DNA of 41,959 nucleotides, taken from Elusimicrobiota bacterium. GTDB lineage: Bacteria; Elusimicrobiota; Elusimicrobia; UBA1565; UBA9628. Shown here piece by piece: positions 15,500 through 24,119 of this stretch (within the stretch, counting starts at the first letter, position 1; each line of letters starts with the position of its first letter). The DNA is taken from assembly GCA_041660645.1 (NCBI GenBank), contig JBAZVY010000001.1, positions 25,164-67,122 on the forward strand, given 5' to 3'. The notes below the pieces were generated by a model. That model saw only the letters and a list, made by a program, of their open reading frames with translations, searched no databases and had not been told where the DNA came from. The position numbers and the translations under genes are program-made.

Positions 15500-17575
15500 C
15501 TATTTCCCGGCCAACTCCTCGGCCAGGGAATACATCCGATATATCTTGCGCAGGGCTTCCAATATGCCGCCGGAATGCACGGCCACGGCCCGGGCGCGAT
15601 CCTCGGTGTAGGCATAACGCAGGGCCAGACTGGGGATATTGCCGTCGAATATCAGCCCCACGTACTCACCGTTGCGATCGAACACCGGACTGCCGGAATT
15701 GCCGCCTATGATGTCGTTGGTGGTGACGAAATTCAGCGGCGCGGCCAGGTCCACGTCCGCCCGGCGTTCCGCTTCCAAAGGCGAAAGGTCGAACGGCTCC
15801 TGGCCGTCGAAAGCCTCGGCCCGGTCGTAAAGGCCGTAGAAAGTGGTCTTATACGGAATCCGGGTAGTGCCCTCCTCATAACCGGCCACCTTGCCGTAGC
15901 TCAAGCGCAAGGTGAAGTTGGCGTCCGGATAAGCGGCTGTGCCTTGCACGGCGAACCTGGCCCGGGCGATACGCCCGCCCTCCAGCACCGCGACCGTCTC
16001 GATCTCGTCTTCCTGCCACTTGCGCAATTCCCGATACAGCGGATCCAGCCCCCGGGCCCAGACGATCAAGGGGTCGTCGGATGCGGCCACGGCCTTGCGC
16101 CCGCCCGACGCCAGCTTCTTACGGGATTCCACATCCGCCAGCCGGGTGCCGGCGATCAATTCATGGGCCGCGGCCTGCGCATCCCGGCCGGACAGGGCCG
16201 CCTTCACATAAGGGTGATCGGCGCCCAATCCGTCGCGGGATTCCTGCAGGTCGACGGCCAGCATATGCTCTTCCAAGTCCGGATATATGGGCGCGGGTGA
16301 AAAAAGCTGGAAGCGCAGGGACTCCAGGGCCGAATCCCGAAATTCCTCATACCGCTTGTCGTTCGGTTTCTCGACTTCCGCGACATATCGCACTATGGTG
16401 TGAGCGATCTCAGCCAGCCGGCAATCCGGCGTGCCGCGGTAGTTCAAGTCCGGCCAACGCGCCGCGAGCTTGTCCTGCATGGCGGCCATGCGCTCCCAAG
16501 CCGAAGCGCTGGCCGCAGCCAGATCCGGCCGCGCGGCCACGGCCGCGCGCAAGGCCTCCTCTTCCGACTGCTTGGCCGCCATGAGCTTAAGGTCTTGGAG
16601 TCCCGCCAACTGCCCGGACAAAGCCTTTAAGCTGTTCTCCACGCTGAACGCCCGGCTCCGCGCCCGCCGCGACTGTTCCGGGCCCAAGGCCCGGTAAGCG
16701 GCATAGGCCTGCCGCCGCCGCAGTAATTTCTTCAGCCGGCTGGGCAGGGCCGAATCGCGCGCGAACTCCAACTGCCGCAGGGTCTTCAACCGATCGGTCG
16801 TGCCCGGATTTCCGGCCACGAACACGAGCTCGCCCTCCTTGGCTCCGGCGCTGTTCCAGCGCAGATACGCGGGCGACTTGACCGGCTTGCCGTCCTCATA
16901 GACGCGGAAAAAAGCCATATCCAGATCGAAGCGCGGATACACGAAATTGTCATAGTCCCCGCCGTAGAACGCGGCCTGCGCCTCGGGCGCCATGACCAGA
17001 CGGATGTCCGTATACTTCTTATACCGGTACAAGCTATAGCGCCCGCCGTTGTATAAGTCCACCACATCCGAACGCAACCGCGTCTTCTCGGACGATTCCT
17101 TCTCGATGCGCGAGATCTCGGCCTTGCGCTGGACGTTCTGCACGCTGGCGGGCGCGTCCGCCTTCATGGCCGCCAGCACCCGGGAGGTCACGTCTTCCGT
17201 GGAAATCAATACATTGAGTTCCAGATCCAGGCAAGCCCGTTCCTCGGCCGAACGCCGCGCGAAAAAACCCGCTTTAACGAAATCCGTCTTCTCGGAGGAC
17301 ATCTTCTGCAGCTGCCCCAGCGCCACGTGATGATTGGTAAGGACCAGCCCGTCCGGAGACACGAAAGCTCCGGAACCGCCGTCGTTGAAGCGCACCGCGG
17401 ATAAGCGCACCTTCTCCGCCCATTCCGGGCTAGGCACGAATCCATAACGCTGCTGCAGCTGCGCCATCGGCAGATTATCCAGCGTCCACATGCCCTCATC
17501 CGCCTGCGCGCGCGGCGCCAGCAGCACAGCTCCCAAAGCCGCGATCGGCCACAGTCCCGCCATCCGATATCTCAT
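15500..17575 (-). CDS. S46 family dipeptidyl-peptidase (DPP7/DPP11-like), exported
   Basis: Signal peptide, DEGMWTLDNLP, LVLTNHHV, and the catalytic Ser context GGNSGSPVFDRNGEYVGLIFDGN. 691 aa. Confidence 0.9.
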   Translation of the reverse strand: MRYRMAGLWPIAALGAVLLAPRAQADEGMWTLDNLPMAQLQQRYGFVPSPEWAEKVRLSAVRFNDGGSGAFVSPDGLVLTNHHVALGQLQKMSSEKTDFVKAGFFARRSAEERACLDLELNVLISTEDVTSRVLAAMKADAPASVQNVQRKAEISRIEKESSEKTRLRSDVVDLYNGGRYSLYRYKKYTDIRLVMAPEAQAAFYGGDYDNFVYPRFDLDMAFFRVYEDGKPVKSPAYLRWNSAGAKEGELVFVAGNPGTTDRLKTLRQLEFARDSALPSRLKKLLRRRQAYAAYRALGPEQSRRARSRAFSVENSLKALSGQLAGLQDLKLMAAKQSEEEALRAAVAARPDLAAASASAWERMAAMQDKLAARWPDLNYRGTPDCRLAEIAHTIVRYVAEVEKPNDKRYEEFRDSALESLRFQLFSPAPIYPDLEEHMLAVDLQESRDGLGADHPYVKAALSGRDAQAAAHELIAGTRLADVESRKKLASGGRKAVAASDDPLIVWARGLDPLYRELRKWQEDEIETVAVLEGGRIARARFAVQGTAAYPDANFTLRLSYGKVAGYEEGTTRIPYKTTFYGLYDRAEAFDGQEPFDLSPLEAERRADVDLAAPLNFVTTNDIIGGNSGSPVFDRNGEYVGLIFDGNIPSLALRYAYTEDRARAVAVHSGGILEALRKIYRMYSLAEELAGK

Positions 17576-17823
17576 CCGATCCTCCTGACCTTATAGCCTC
17601 GCGCTTCCAATTCGCGCGCCAACGCTTCTCGATGGTCGCCCTGGAACTCCAGGGCCCCGGCCTTGACCGCGCCCCCGCAGCCCAAACGTCTCTTCAACTG
17701 GGCGTGCAGCTGATCCTTGAGCGTAGGATGCATGATCAAGCGTTCGACCCGAGTGACGCCGCTGCCCTTGGCATTACGGGCAAAGCTTAGGCGCAAGGGT
17801 TCGGGTTGGGGGGCGCTGGTCAC
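17572..17823 (-). CDS. SUI1/YciH-family translation initiation factor-like protein
   Basis: 83 aa, ...KGSGVTRVERL...LKRRLGCGGAVKAGALEFQGDHREALARELEARGYKV. GTG start overlaps the upstream stop (GTGA). Confidence 0.8.
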   Translation of the reverse strand: MTSAPQPEPLRLSFARNAKGSGVTRVERLIMHPTLKDQLHAQLKRRLGCGGAVKAGALEFQGDHREALARELEARGYKVRRIG

Positions 17824-18821
17824 GGCGTCATACGGTGAGAAAGGCCGGACAAAGAGACCTCGAACCGGGCGGCCATATCAAAATGGCCCAGATCGTGCTC
17901 CTCATAGACATGTCTCACTCCCAAGTCCTGGAGCACCCGGGACAATTTGCGCGCGCCCAGATGCAGATAGAACTCATCCCGACGTCCGCAATCGAAGAAC
18001 AGACTCTTAAGCTTCTTAAGGCCGGCCTTATGGACGCGCGCCGCGACCACCGGGTCCTGAGCCTTCCACCGCGCCCAGACCGCGGGGACGATTTCCCCGG
18101 TATGCGGATCGCAAGGCAGGTCGAACCCGCTACGGCTCTTGGGGTTGGGAGAATAGCAGGCGGACATGGCCACGATGTTGACCACCGAATGGTCGAAAGC
18201 CTCCTGGTCGCGCGCGGCCCGGAACTCTTTAAGGAAGCGCTCCACCGAACCGCCGTACTTGCCCAGACCGGTGACGAACTTCGGGATGTCGGTCCCGTAG
18301 CAGATATCGAAGGCCATGTCTCCGCTATGGCAGGCGACATGCCCGAACACGTCCGGATGCTTCATGCCCAGCATGAGCGCGCCGTAGCCGCCCGAGGACT
18401 TGCCCATGACCGCGCGGCCCGAGGCCCGCCGGCTGACCGACAGCTTATCCTCGAAGAACCCCACCAGTTCATCGACCACATGGTCCGCATAGCGCCCAGT
18501 GGCCGAAGAATTGACGTATTGGCTGCCCCCAAAAGCGGTGAAGCAGTCGGGCATGACCAGCACGCATTCCCGCGCCCCGCCCTCGGCCACGAGCCGATCG
18601 AAGCGTTCCGGCAGATTCTCGCGCCAGGGGCTGAAATTGAGGAAACTGCGGCCGGTGCTGGAAAATCCGGCCAGGCAATATATCACCGGGTAACGCCGGC
18701 CCGGTACCGTACCGTAAGAAGGCGGCAAATATACCGGCACCTGGCGCAGGCGGGGGTCGCCCAAGGGATTAGCCTTGAGCACCACGCTGCCTACGGATTC
18801 GATCTGGACCCGGCCTTTCAT
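17820..18821 (-). CDS. esterase-family alpha/beta hydrolase (putative esterase / esterase D-like)
   Basis: VYLPPSY...YPVIYCLAGF and the nucleophile context GKSSGGYGAL. Start taken at ATG 18821 (MKGRVQIES), which shares one nucleotide with the murQ stop codon. Confidence 0.75.
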   Translation of the reverse strand: MKGRVQIESVGSVVLKANPLGDPRLRQVPVYLPPSYGTVPGRRYPVIYCLAGFSSTGRSFLNFSPWRENLPERFDRLVAEGGARECVLVMPDCFTAFGGSQYVNSSATGRYADHVVDELVGFFEDKLSVSRRASGRAVMGKSSGGYGALMLGMKHPDVFGHVACHSGDMAFDICYGTDIPKFVTGLGKYGGSVERFLKEFRAARDQEAFDHSVVNIVAMSACYSPNPKSRSGFDLPCDPHTGEIVPAVWARWKAQDPVVAARVHKAGLKKLKSLFFDCGRRDEFYLHLGARKLSRVLQDLGVRHVYEEHDLGHFDMAARFEVSLSGLSHRMTP

Positions 18822-19723
18822 CAGACCTCCAAGGCTTTGCGCAAGGACCCGTCTACTCCGGCCAGCAGCAGGCGCGCGTCTTGCCCGCCCAAGCCCCGGC
18901 GAGCCATGACCACCGCGGTCTTTACGCTCCAACCCGAGTTCCGGAACAGGGCCCGGGCCCGGGCCGGCGCGACCCGTCCCAACTCGGAGATGATGCGCTC
19001 CCCGCGCAGCTTGAGTTTGCGCGAAGTGGGCTTTAGGTCCACCATCCAACGGTCATAGACCTTGCCCAGCAGTATCATGGTGCCGGTGGTCAAAGCGTTG
19101 AGCACCAGCTTGGCCGCGGTGCCGGATTTCATGCGCGTCGATCCGGCCACCACCTCCGGCCCCACGTTGGGCGCGATGATGAGTTCGGCCGGATTCTCCG
19201 GAGGATTGCCGTTGGATGTGACCAGTATGGTGCGGCAGCCCTGCTGCCGCGCGGCCTGCAAAGCCGCGCGCACGAAAGGCGTTACCCCGGAAGCGGCGAT
19301 GCCCACCACCGCGTCCTCCGGCCCCAGCCCGGCCACGGCTCGGGCCCCGGCTTGGGGATCGTCTTCCGCGCCTTCCTTGGACCGGAACACGGAACTGCGG
19401 CCTCCGGCCATGACCGCGCGGATCTCGTCCGGAGTCGTGCCGTAAGTAGGCGGGCATTCCGCGGCCTCCAACACGGCCAAACGGCCGCTGGTGCCGGCGC
19501 CCAAGAACAGGACGCTGCCGTGCCGGCGCAGGCAAGCCGCCAGCATCTCCATGCCCCGGGCTATGGCCCGGCTCTGGCGGGACACGGCCAAGGCCACGAG
19601 CGCGTCCTCGCGATTGATGGCCTGAGCGATGCCCAAAGGCGTGCGTCGATCTATATGCCGGGTCCGGGGGTTAGGCCGTTCGGTAGGCAGTCGCGCATAT
19701 ACCCGCGGAGAAAGACGCGCCAT
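18821..19723 (-). CDS. murQ: N-acetylmuramic acid 6-phosphate etherase
   Basis: LPTERPNPRT..ID, the SIS-domain segment LGAGTSGRL, ECPPTYG and VAGSTRMKSGTAQK-like (VAGSTRMKSGTAAK). 300 aa. Confidence 0.9.
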   Translation of the reverse strand: MARLSPRVYARLPTERPNPRTRHIDRRTPLGIAQAINREDALVALAVSRQSRAIARGMEMLAACLRRHGSVLFLGAGTSGRLAVLEAAECPPTYGTTPDEIRAVMAGGRSSVFRSKEGAEDDPQAGARAVAGLGPEDAVVGIAASGVTPFVRAALQAARQQGCRTILVTSNGNPPENPAELIIAPNVGPEVVAGSTRMKSGTAAKLVLNALTTGTMILLGKVYDRWMVDLKPTSRKLKLRGERIISELGRVAPARARALFRNSGWSVKTAVVMARRGLGGQDARLLLAGVDGSLRKALEV

Positions 19724-19726
19724 GGC

Positions 19727-20623
19727 TCAATCCATCCAATCCGCGTCGTCGGCTTCCTCGGCCGGATTGGCCGGAGCCGAGGATAACGAAACGGAGCCCG
19801 ACGCCGCATCCGTGGAGACCGCGGCCTCGGAAGGGACCGGCTGGAGTATCCAATCGAACACCTTGCCGATCATGGGGCCGCGCAGCATCTTGGCGCCGTG
19901 TTCCCGAGGCGCCGCCACCACCGTCAGATTCTTATCGCCCACCGCCATCCGGGCGAAGCTGGCCAGGATCGGCGTTTCCCGAGCGGAAGTCTTATCCGCC
20001 TCGGAATACATCATGAATATGGGCCTTCCCTTATAAGCGCGCATGGCATTGACCGTGGTGACGTCCTGATACTTCATGCCCGGAGACAGCAACGCGACCA
20101 TGGCGACCTTGGGATGCAGCGCCGCATAGCGCAGGCCGATGCTGCCGCCCACGTCCGCGCCGATGATCACTATGTCTTCCTCGGCCACGCCCTGCGCGGC
20201 CAGATAGGCCATGCCGGCCTCCAAGTCCGATACCATGTTCAGGTATTCGTTATAGTTCTTGCTGACCACGAATTTACGCCAGATCGCGGCCGTGCCGTCC
20301 GGCGCGGTGCGGCTCTCTCCGTGTCCGCGCAGATCCAATGCCAGATAACCATAACCGCGCCGGAACAAGGGCCGCACCAGGTGGTACCAATCCTCTTTAC
20401 GGCCTCCCGTACCGTGCAGGAGCAGGAAGCTCTTGCGTCCGGTCTTGGCCGGATTGTACTTAGCCTTCAGCTTCCAATTGTCCGAGGTGGCCAATTCCAC
20501 GATCAGGCCCGGGAACACCAGCGGCTTGGCCGGGCGCGCCGGCGCGGCGCCTTGGATCGTGACCGAAGCCCGCGCTCCGGAGGCCGCCAGCAGGACGGCG
20601 GCCACGAGGCAGGACACGGTCAA
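19727..20623 (-). CDS. exported alpha/beta hydrolase of unknown specificity
   Basis: Signal peptide, LLLHGTGGRKEDW, LALDLRGHGES and IIGADVGGS. Acidic C-terminal tail. TTG start overlaps the ndk stop (TTGA). Confidence 0.75.
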   Translation of the reverse strand: MTVSCLVAAVLLAASGARASVTIQGAAPARPAKPLVFPGLIVELATSDNWKLKAKYNPAKTGRKSFLLLHGTGGRKEDWYHLVRPLFRRGYGYLALDLRGHGESRTAPDGTAAIWRKFVVSKNYNEYLNMVSDLEAGMAYLAAQGVAEEDIVIIGADVGGSIGLRYAALHPKVAMVALLSPGMKYQDVTTVNAMRAYKGRPIFMMYSEADKTSARETPILASFARMAVGDKNLTVVAAPREHGAKMLRGPMIGKVFDWILQPVPSEAAVSTDAASGSVSLSSAPANPAEEADDADWMD

Positions 20624-21075
20624 GGCAGGATCTCCTCGGGCTTGAACCAGAGCCCGACTTCCCGCTGGGCGTCGGCCGGATCCGAGGAGGCATGCAGCAC
20701 GTTCTCGAACTGGCCGGCGGTGGTCACCCGGCCGAAAGTGCCGCGGATGGTGCCGGGCACGGCCTGTTCCGGATTGGTGGCGCCGGCTGCCTGCCGCACC
20801 TTGGCGATGGCCCCTTCGCCGCGATAGACCAGAGCCAGGACCCGATGGTCCTTGAGGCCGTGGAATTCGCCCCGGATATACCGGATGAGCCCGGGATAAA
20901 AAGGCTTGCCGAAATGCGCCTCATAATGCTTTTCCGCCAGCGCCTCGGACACGCTCACCATCTTGGCCGCGACCATCTCCAACCCGGCCGCGTCGAGCCG
21001 GTCGATGGCCAGGCCGGTGAGTCTCCGATATAGTCCATCGGGCTTTATCAATATCAATGTTTGTTCTATAGCCAT
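20620..21075 (-). CDS. ndk: nucleoside diphosphate kinase
   Basis: MAIEQTLILIKPDG, GATNP and NVLHASD-like (NVLHASSD). ATG 21075 gives the canonical Ndk N-terminus MAIE. The ORF-track start at 21081 adds two residues. Confidence 0.95.
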   Translation of the reverse strand: MAIEQTLILIKPDGLYRRLTGLAIDRLDAAGLEMVAAKMVSVSEALAEKHYEAHFGKPFYPGLIRYIRGEFHGLKDHRVLALVYRGEGAIAKVRQAAGATNPEQAVPGTIRGTFGRVTTAGQFENVLHASSDPADAQREVGLWFKPEEILP

Positions 21076-21082
21076 GGACATG

Positions 21083-21112
21083 ATTCTAGATAATGTCCCG
21101 CTCTGGGCACAA
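21083..21112 (-). promoter_or_regulatory. candidate ndk promoter (leaderless geometry)
   Basis: Read on the minus strand: TTGTGC (21112-21107), an 18-nt spacer, TAGAAT (21088-21083), then 7 nt to ATG 21075. Confidence 0.45.
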
Positions 21113-21116
21113 CAAC

Positions 21117-21145
21117 TTGACGGGCCCGCCCCTGCTCGTTACAAT
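21117..21145 (+). promoter_or_regulatory. sigma70-type promoter for the receiver-histidine kinase gene (leaderless geometry)
   Basis: TTGACG (21117-21122), a 17-nt spacer, TACAAT (21140-21145), then 6 nt (aggagc) to ATG 21152. This GGAG is too close to the ATG to act as an SD. Confidence 0.6.
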
Positions 21146-21151
21146 AGGAGC

Positions 21152-22243
21152 ATGTCCGCCAATATCCTGATAGTAGAGGATGACGAAGAGTTCCAACAAT
21201 ATCTCAGCATGACCTTGACCAAGGCCGGCTACCACGTGGCCGTCACCGGAACGGCCCGCGCGGCCCGGGACAGTTTCCATGCCCACCCGCCGGACCTGGT
21301 GCTCTTGGACATCGAACTGCCCGACGGCAACGGCATCGAGCTCTGCCGGGAATGGGGCCTGGACCAAGGCGGCGGCAGCCGGGTGATCTTCCTGACCGGC
21401 TACGGAGATGCCTCTACCCGCATAAAATGTTTCGGCCTGGGAGCTCAGGACTTCATCCCCAAGCCCGTGAACGTGGAAGAACTCCTGGCCCGGGTCCGAG
21501 TCCATGCCGCCAACAAGCTCTCCCAAGACGAACTGCTCCGCCGCAATCAGGAACTCGAACTCCACGCCCAGGTGCGGCAGGCCACCACCGACCTCATAGT
21601 GCACGATCTGCGCAATCCCCTGTCCACCATAAAAGGCACCTTGGCCATGACCCGCAAACGCGGACTCATAAGCGATGCCGTATATGTCGGCCTGCTCGGC
21701 TCCGCGGAGAGCGCCGCGGAATTCATGACCTTGATGCTCAACGACCTATTGGACCTCAGCAGCGGGGGCAAAAGACTGCAGGTGGAGATAACCCGGGTCG
21801 AGGTCGCGCCTATCCTGGCCCGACTCCCGGCGCTATTCGATAGTTATAAGCGGAATTGCGGGATATCCTTGGAATACAGCGTGGCGCCTTCGGTAGCTTG
21901 TCTGAACACGGACCGCAAGCTGCTGTTCCGGCTGCTGGCCAACCTGAGCCTGGCCGCGGTCCGGGGCTCGCCGCGCAATGCCGCCGTGCATTTGGACTGC
22001 GCCCCGACCGAAGGCCGGGCGCGCTTCACCGTGGCGGACCGCGGCCCCGGGATACCGGACGCGGATAAAGCCGGCATCTTCCCGAGCCAGCTCCCGTCCC
22101 AATTCAAGGATTCCAGCGTGGTCGGCATGGCCTTCTGCCGCATGGCGGTGGACGCCCTATCCGGCAAGATCTGGGCCGAAGACCAGCCCGGCGGCGGCAC
22201 CCTGTACCGATTCGAACTCCCGACCGGCCCGAGCGCATTATGA
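21152..22243 (+). CDS. hybrid receiver-histidine kinase (REC + HisKA + HATPase_c), soluble
   Basis: REC domain: ILIVEDDEE, LVLLDIELPDGNG, IFLTG, PKP. H-box IVHDLRNPLSTI. G1 box DRGPGIP. The N-box reads NLSLAA and the G2 region reads VVGMAF, both atypical. Start taken at ATG 21152, not the ORF-track 20963. Confidence 0.85.
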   Translation: MSANILIVEDDEEFQQYLSMTLTKAGYHVAVTGTARAARDSFHAHPPDLVLLDIELPDGNGIELCREWGLDQGGGSRVIFLTGYGDASTRIKCFGLGAQDFIPKPVNVEELLARVRVHAANKLSQDELLRRNQELELHAQVRQATTDLIVHDLRNPLSTIKGTLAMTRKRGLISDAVYVGLLGSAESAAEFMTLMLNDLLDLSSGGKRLQVEITRVEVAPILARLPALFDSYKRNCGISLEYSVAPSVACLNTDRKLLFRLLANLSLAAVRGSPRNAAVHLDCAPTEGRARFTVADRGPGIPDADKAGIFPSQLPSQFKDSSVVGMAFCRMAVDALSGKIWAEDQPGGGTLYRFELPTGPSAL

Positions 22244-22629
22244 GGCATCCCGCGATCCTGGCCGGGCTCTTGTCCTTGCTCGTTCTCTGCAACGGCTGCT
22301 TCCTGCTCTTGGGCGCGGGCGCCGGGGTGGGCGGCTATTCCTACGTGCAAGGCGAACTCAGCCGCACCTATCCGGCGGGATTGGACGCGGTTTGGGCGGC
22401 CACGCAGCAGACGCTTGCCGGCTTGACCTTGAAGGTGTCCGCCCAGCAAAAGGACGGCCTGGGCGGCACGATCGAAGCCGCGCGGGCGGATGGCACCCAG
22501 ATCCGCCTAAAACTCGAGCCCGGCGCAGCCGGCGTCACCACGGTCCGCATCCGCATCGGCACGTTCGGAGACAAAAAGTCTTCCGCGGACATCTTGGACC
22601 GCGTCGCCCGCAATCTCGGGACCAGATAG
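22240..22629 (+). CDS. DUF3568-like lipoprotein
   Basis: Lipobox-like LVLCNGC, then GVGGYSYVQGELSRTYPAGLDAVWAATQQTL...VRIRIGTFGD, which resembles the DUF3568 family. ATGA overlap with the kinase gene. Confidence 0.55.
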   Translation: MRHPAILAGLLSLLVLCNGCFLLLGAGAGVGGYSYVQGELSRTYPAGLDAVWAATQQTLAGLTLKVSAQQKDGLGGTIEAARADGTQIRLKLEPGAAGVTTVRIRIGTFGDKKSSADILDRVARNLGTR

Positions 22630-22653
22630 CCCGCGCCGACAACCCCAGCGAAC

Positions 22654-23454
22654 ATGCGATATGCCGTGATCCTGAAGGAGCCGGCACTGCCCGACATCCG
22701 GACTTTAGCCCGGGTCCTAGCCAGCGAGCGCGGCTGCCCGGAGGCGGACGCCCTGTCCGAAGCCCGCGGCGCCTGGGGACTGGCGGCCCTGGACCAGGAA
22801 CCGCCTGCGGCCCAAAGACTCGCCGCGGCCCTCGCCGCGGCCGGCATCCCGGCCTTGGCTCTGCCCCAGAACCTATTGGAGGAACTGCCCCCGGTCACGG
22901 CCGTGACCCGGGCCGAGATATCCGGCTCCGAAGTCCGGCTCCAGGACAGCGCCGCAGCCGCGCACCTGCTGGCCGCAGGAGACATCGCCCTGCTGTCCGC
23001 CGCCGTGATCAAACGGCGCGTCACCCAGACCATAACCTTATCCAAAGGCAGCGGCATCTTGCGCAAGACCGTACAGTTAGGCGCCCTGCTGGCCACCGGC
23101 CTGCCCTTCCCCCTCGGCAACGCCCGTCGGGAAGAGACCCGCTCCCTGGAAAGCTCCGAACTAGCCAGGGTCCTGGACATCTGCCTGCGCTCGCCCGCCC
23201 GGCGGCTGCGCCTGGAATCAGAGGACTTCGACTATTCCTGCCTGCTGGCCCGCAAGACCTACCAAGCCCTGGCCAACTTCCGCACCTTGGCCCGCGAACT
23301 GGCCGCGCTGTGGCCGGACGCGCAGCGCAACCACGGCCTGCATATCCTGCAAGAAGGCCTGCCCCTCCGCGACATGCGCTACGACTCCCTAGCCGATCTG
23401 GACCGGGAGAGCCGCTGGCTTCTGACCCTGCGCTCCCTGCGGTCCGCTCCATAA
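22654..23454 (+). CDS. hypothetical protein (266 aa)
   Basis: Long ORF with GC-rich third positions. No signal peptide, SD or motif recognised. Confidence 0.5.
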   Translation: MRYAVILKEPALPDIRTLARVLASERGCPEADALSEARGAWGLAALDQEPPAAQRLAAALAAAGIPALALPQNLLEELPPVTAVTRAEISGSEVRLQDSAAAAHLLAAGDIALLSAAVIKRRVTQTITLSKGSGILRKTVQLGALLATGLPFPLGNARREETRSLESSELARVLDICLRSPARRLRLESEDFDYSCLLARKTYQALANFRTLARELAALWPDAQRNHGLHILQEGLPLRDMRYDSLADLDRESRWLLTLRSLRSAP

Positions 23455-23492
23455 AAATAAGCTAAACTATCCCCATCTATCGGAGGCCCTCT

Positions 23493-24071
23493 ATGAAAAA
23501 ATCCATTCTCCTCGGCATCGTGGCCTGCGCACTCCTGGCCGGGTTATACCGCCCAGCCGCAGCCGGCATGATCGTAGGCCGAGCCGTACTCAAGATGCAA
23601 TTCTCCGGCGGCTACGCGGAACTCAACGTGCGCGAGGAATCCGACGGGAAACAAAACATGATCGTGGGCTATAGCCCGCTCGGCCCGACCAAGCTTACCG
23701 CCATGCCCGGAGGCTACGAGGGCTGGATCTACGGCACGCGCCTGAAGCTGGCCTGCGACGCCCAGGGCTGTTCCGGCACGGGGCTCTCCGGCCCGGCCAA
23801 TTTCAAGATCACGGACGGCGGCGCCGCATACGAAGGCGGCATGAACCATAACTTCATAGTCCTGCGCCGGACCGAAACCCGGCTTGAGGTCCTCAGCCAA
23901 AACACCCTATACCTCACCAAAAAAGAAGACGGCAGCTGGTCCGGCCAAGGCTATTTCGGACGCAAGTCGTTCTCGGCCGAACTGGTGTTCGAAGGACAAG
24001 CCGATAAATTCTTAAAAGACCCCGCCCTGCTGCTGGCCTGGCTGGGCAGCTTCTTCGGGCTGCAGCCCTAA
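23493..24071 (+). CDS. hypothetical exported protein (192 aa)
   Basis: SD GGAGG 6 nt upstream of the ATG. Signal peptide MKKSILLGIVACALLAGLYRPAAA. No family recognised. Confidence 0.55.
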   Translation: MKKSILLGIVACALLAGLYRPAAAGMIVGRAVLKMQFSGGYAELNVREESDGKQNMIVGYSPLGPTKLTAMPGGYEGWIYGTRLKLACDAQGCSGTGLSGPANFKITDGGAAYEGGMNHNFIVLRRTETRLEVLSQNTLYLTKKEDGSWSGQGYFGRKSFSAELVFEGQADKFLKDPALLLAWLGSFFGLQP

Positions 24072-24083
24072 GCAGCCGAAGGT

Positions 24084-24113
24084 TTGACGCTGCCCGGGCA
24101 ATACTGTTAAAAT
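24084..24113 (+). promoter_or_regulatory. sigma70-type promoter with extended -10 for the tandem receiver genes (leaderless geometry)
   Basis: TTGACG (24084-24089), an 18-nt spacer ending in TGt, TAAAAT (24108-24113), then 6 nt to ATG 24120. No SD. Confidence 0.55.
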
Positions 24114-24119
24114 CCCAGC

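Noticed and set aside
12170-17575. Radical SAM enzyme plus peptidase as a RiPP biosynthetic cluster.
   Set aside because: The radical SAM enzyme has AmmeMemoRadiSam features rather than a SPASM or RiPP-recognition domain. The peptidase is an S46 exopeptidase with a signal peptide. I found no small precursor-like ORF or exporter nearby.
17835-19058. 407-aa plus-strand ORF antisense to the esterase and murQ genes. Similar long antisense or alternative-frame ORFs occur at 15014-16300, 31286-32554, 21978-23465, 13161-13694 and 902-1633.
   Set aside because: The translations are dominated by Arg, Pro, Gly and Ala with no motifs. Each lies opposite or out of frame to a gene with clear family signatures. 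Long spurious ORFs are expected in GC-rich DNA because stop codons are AT-rich.
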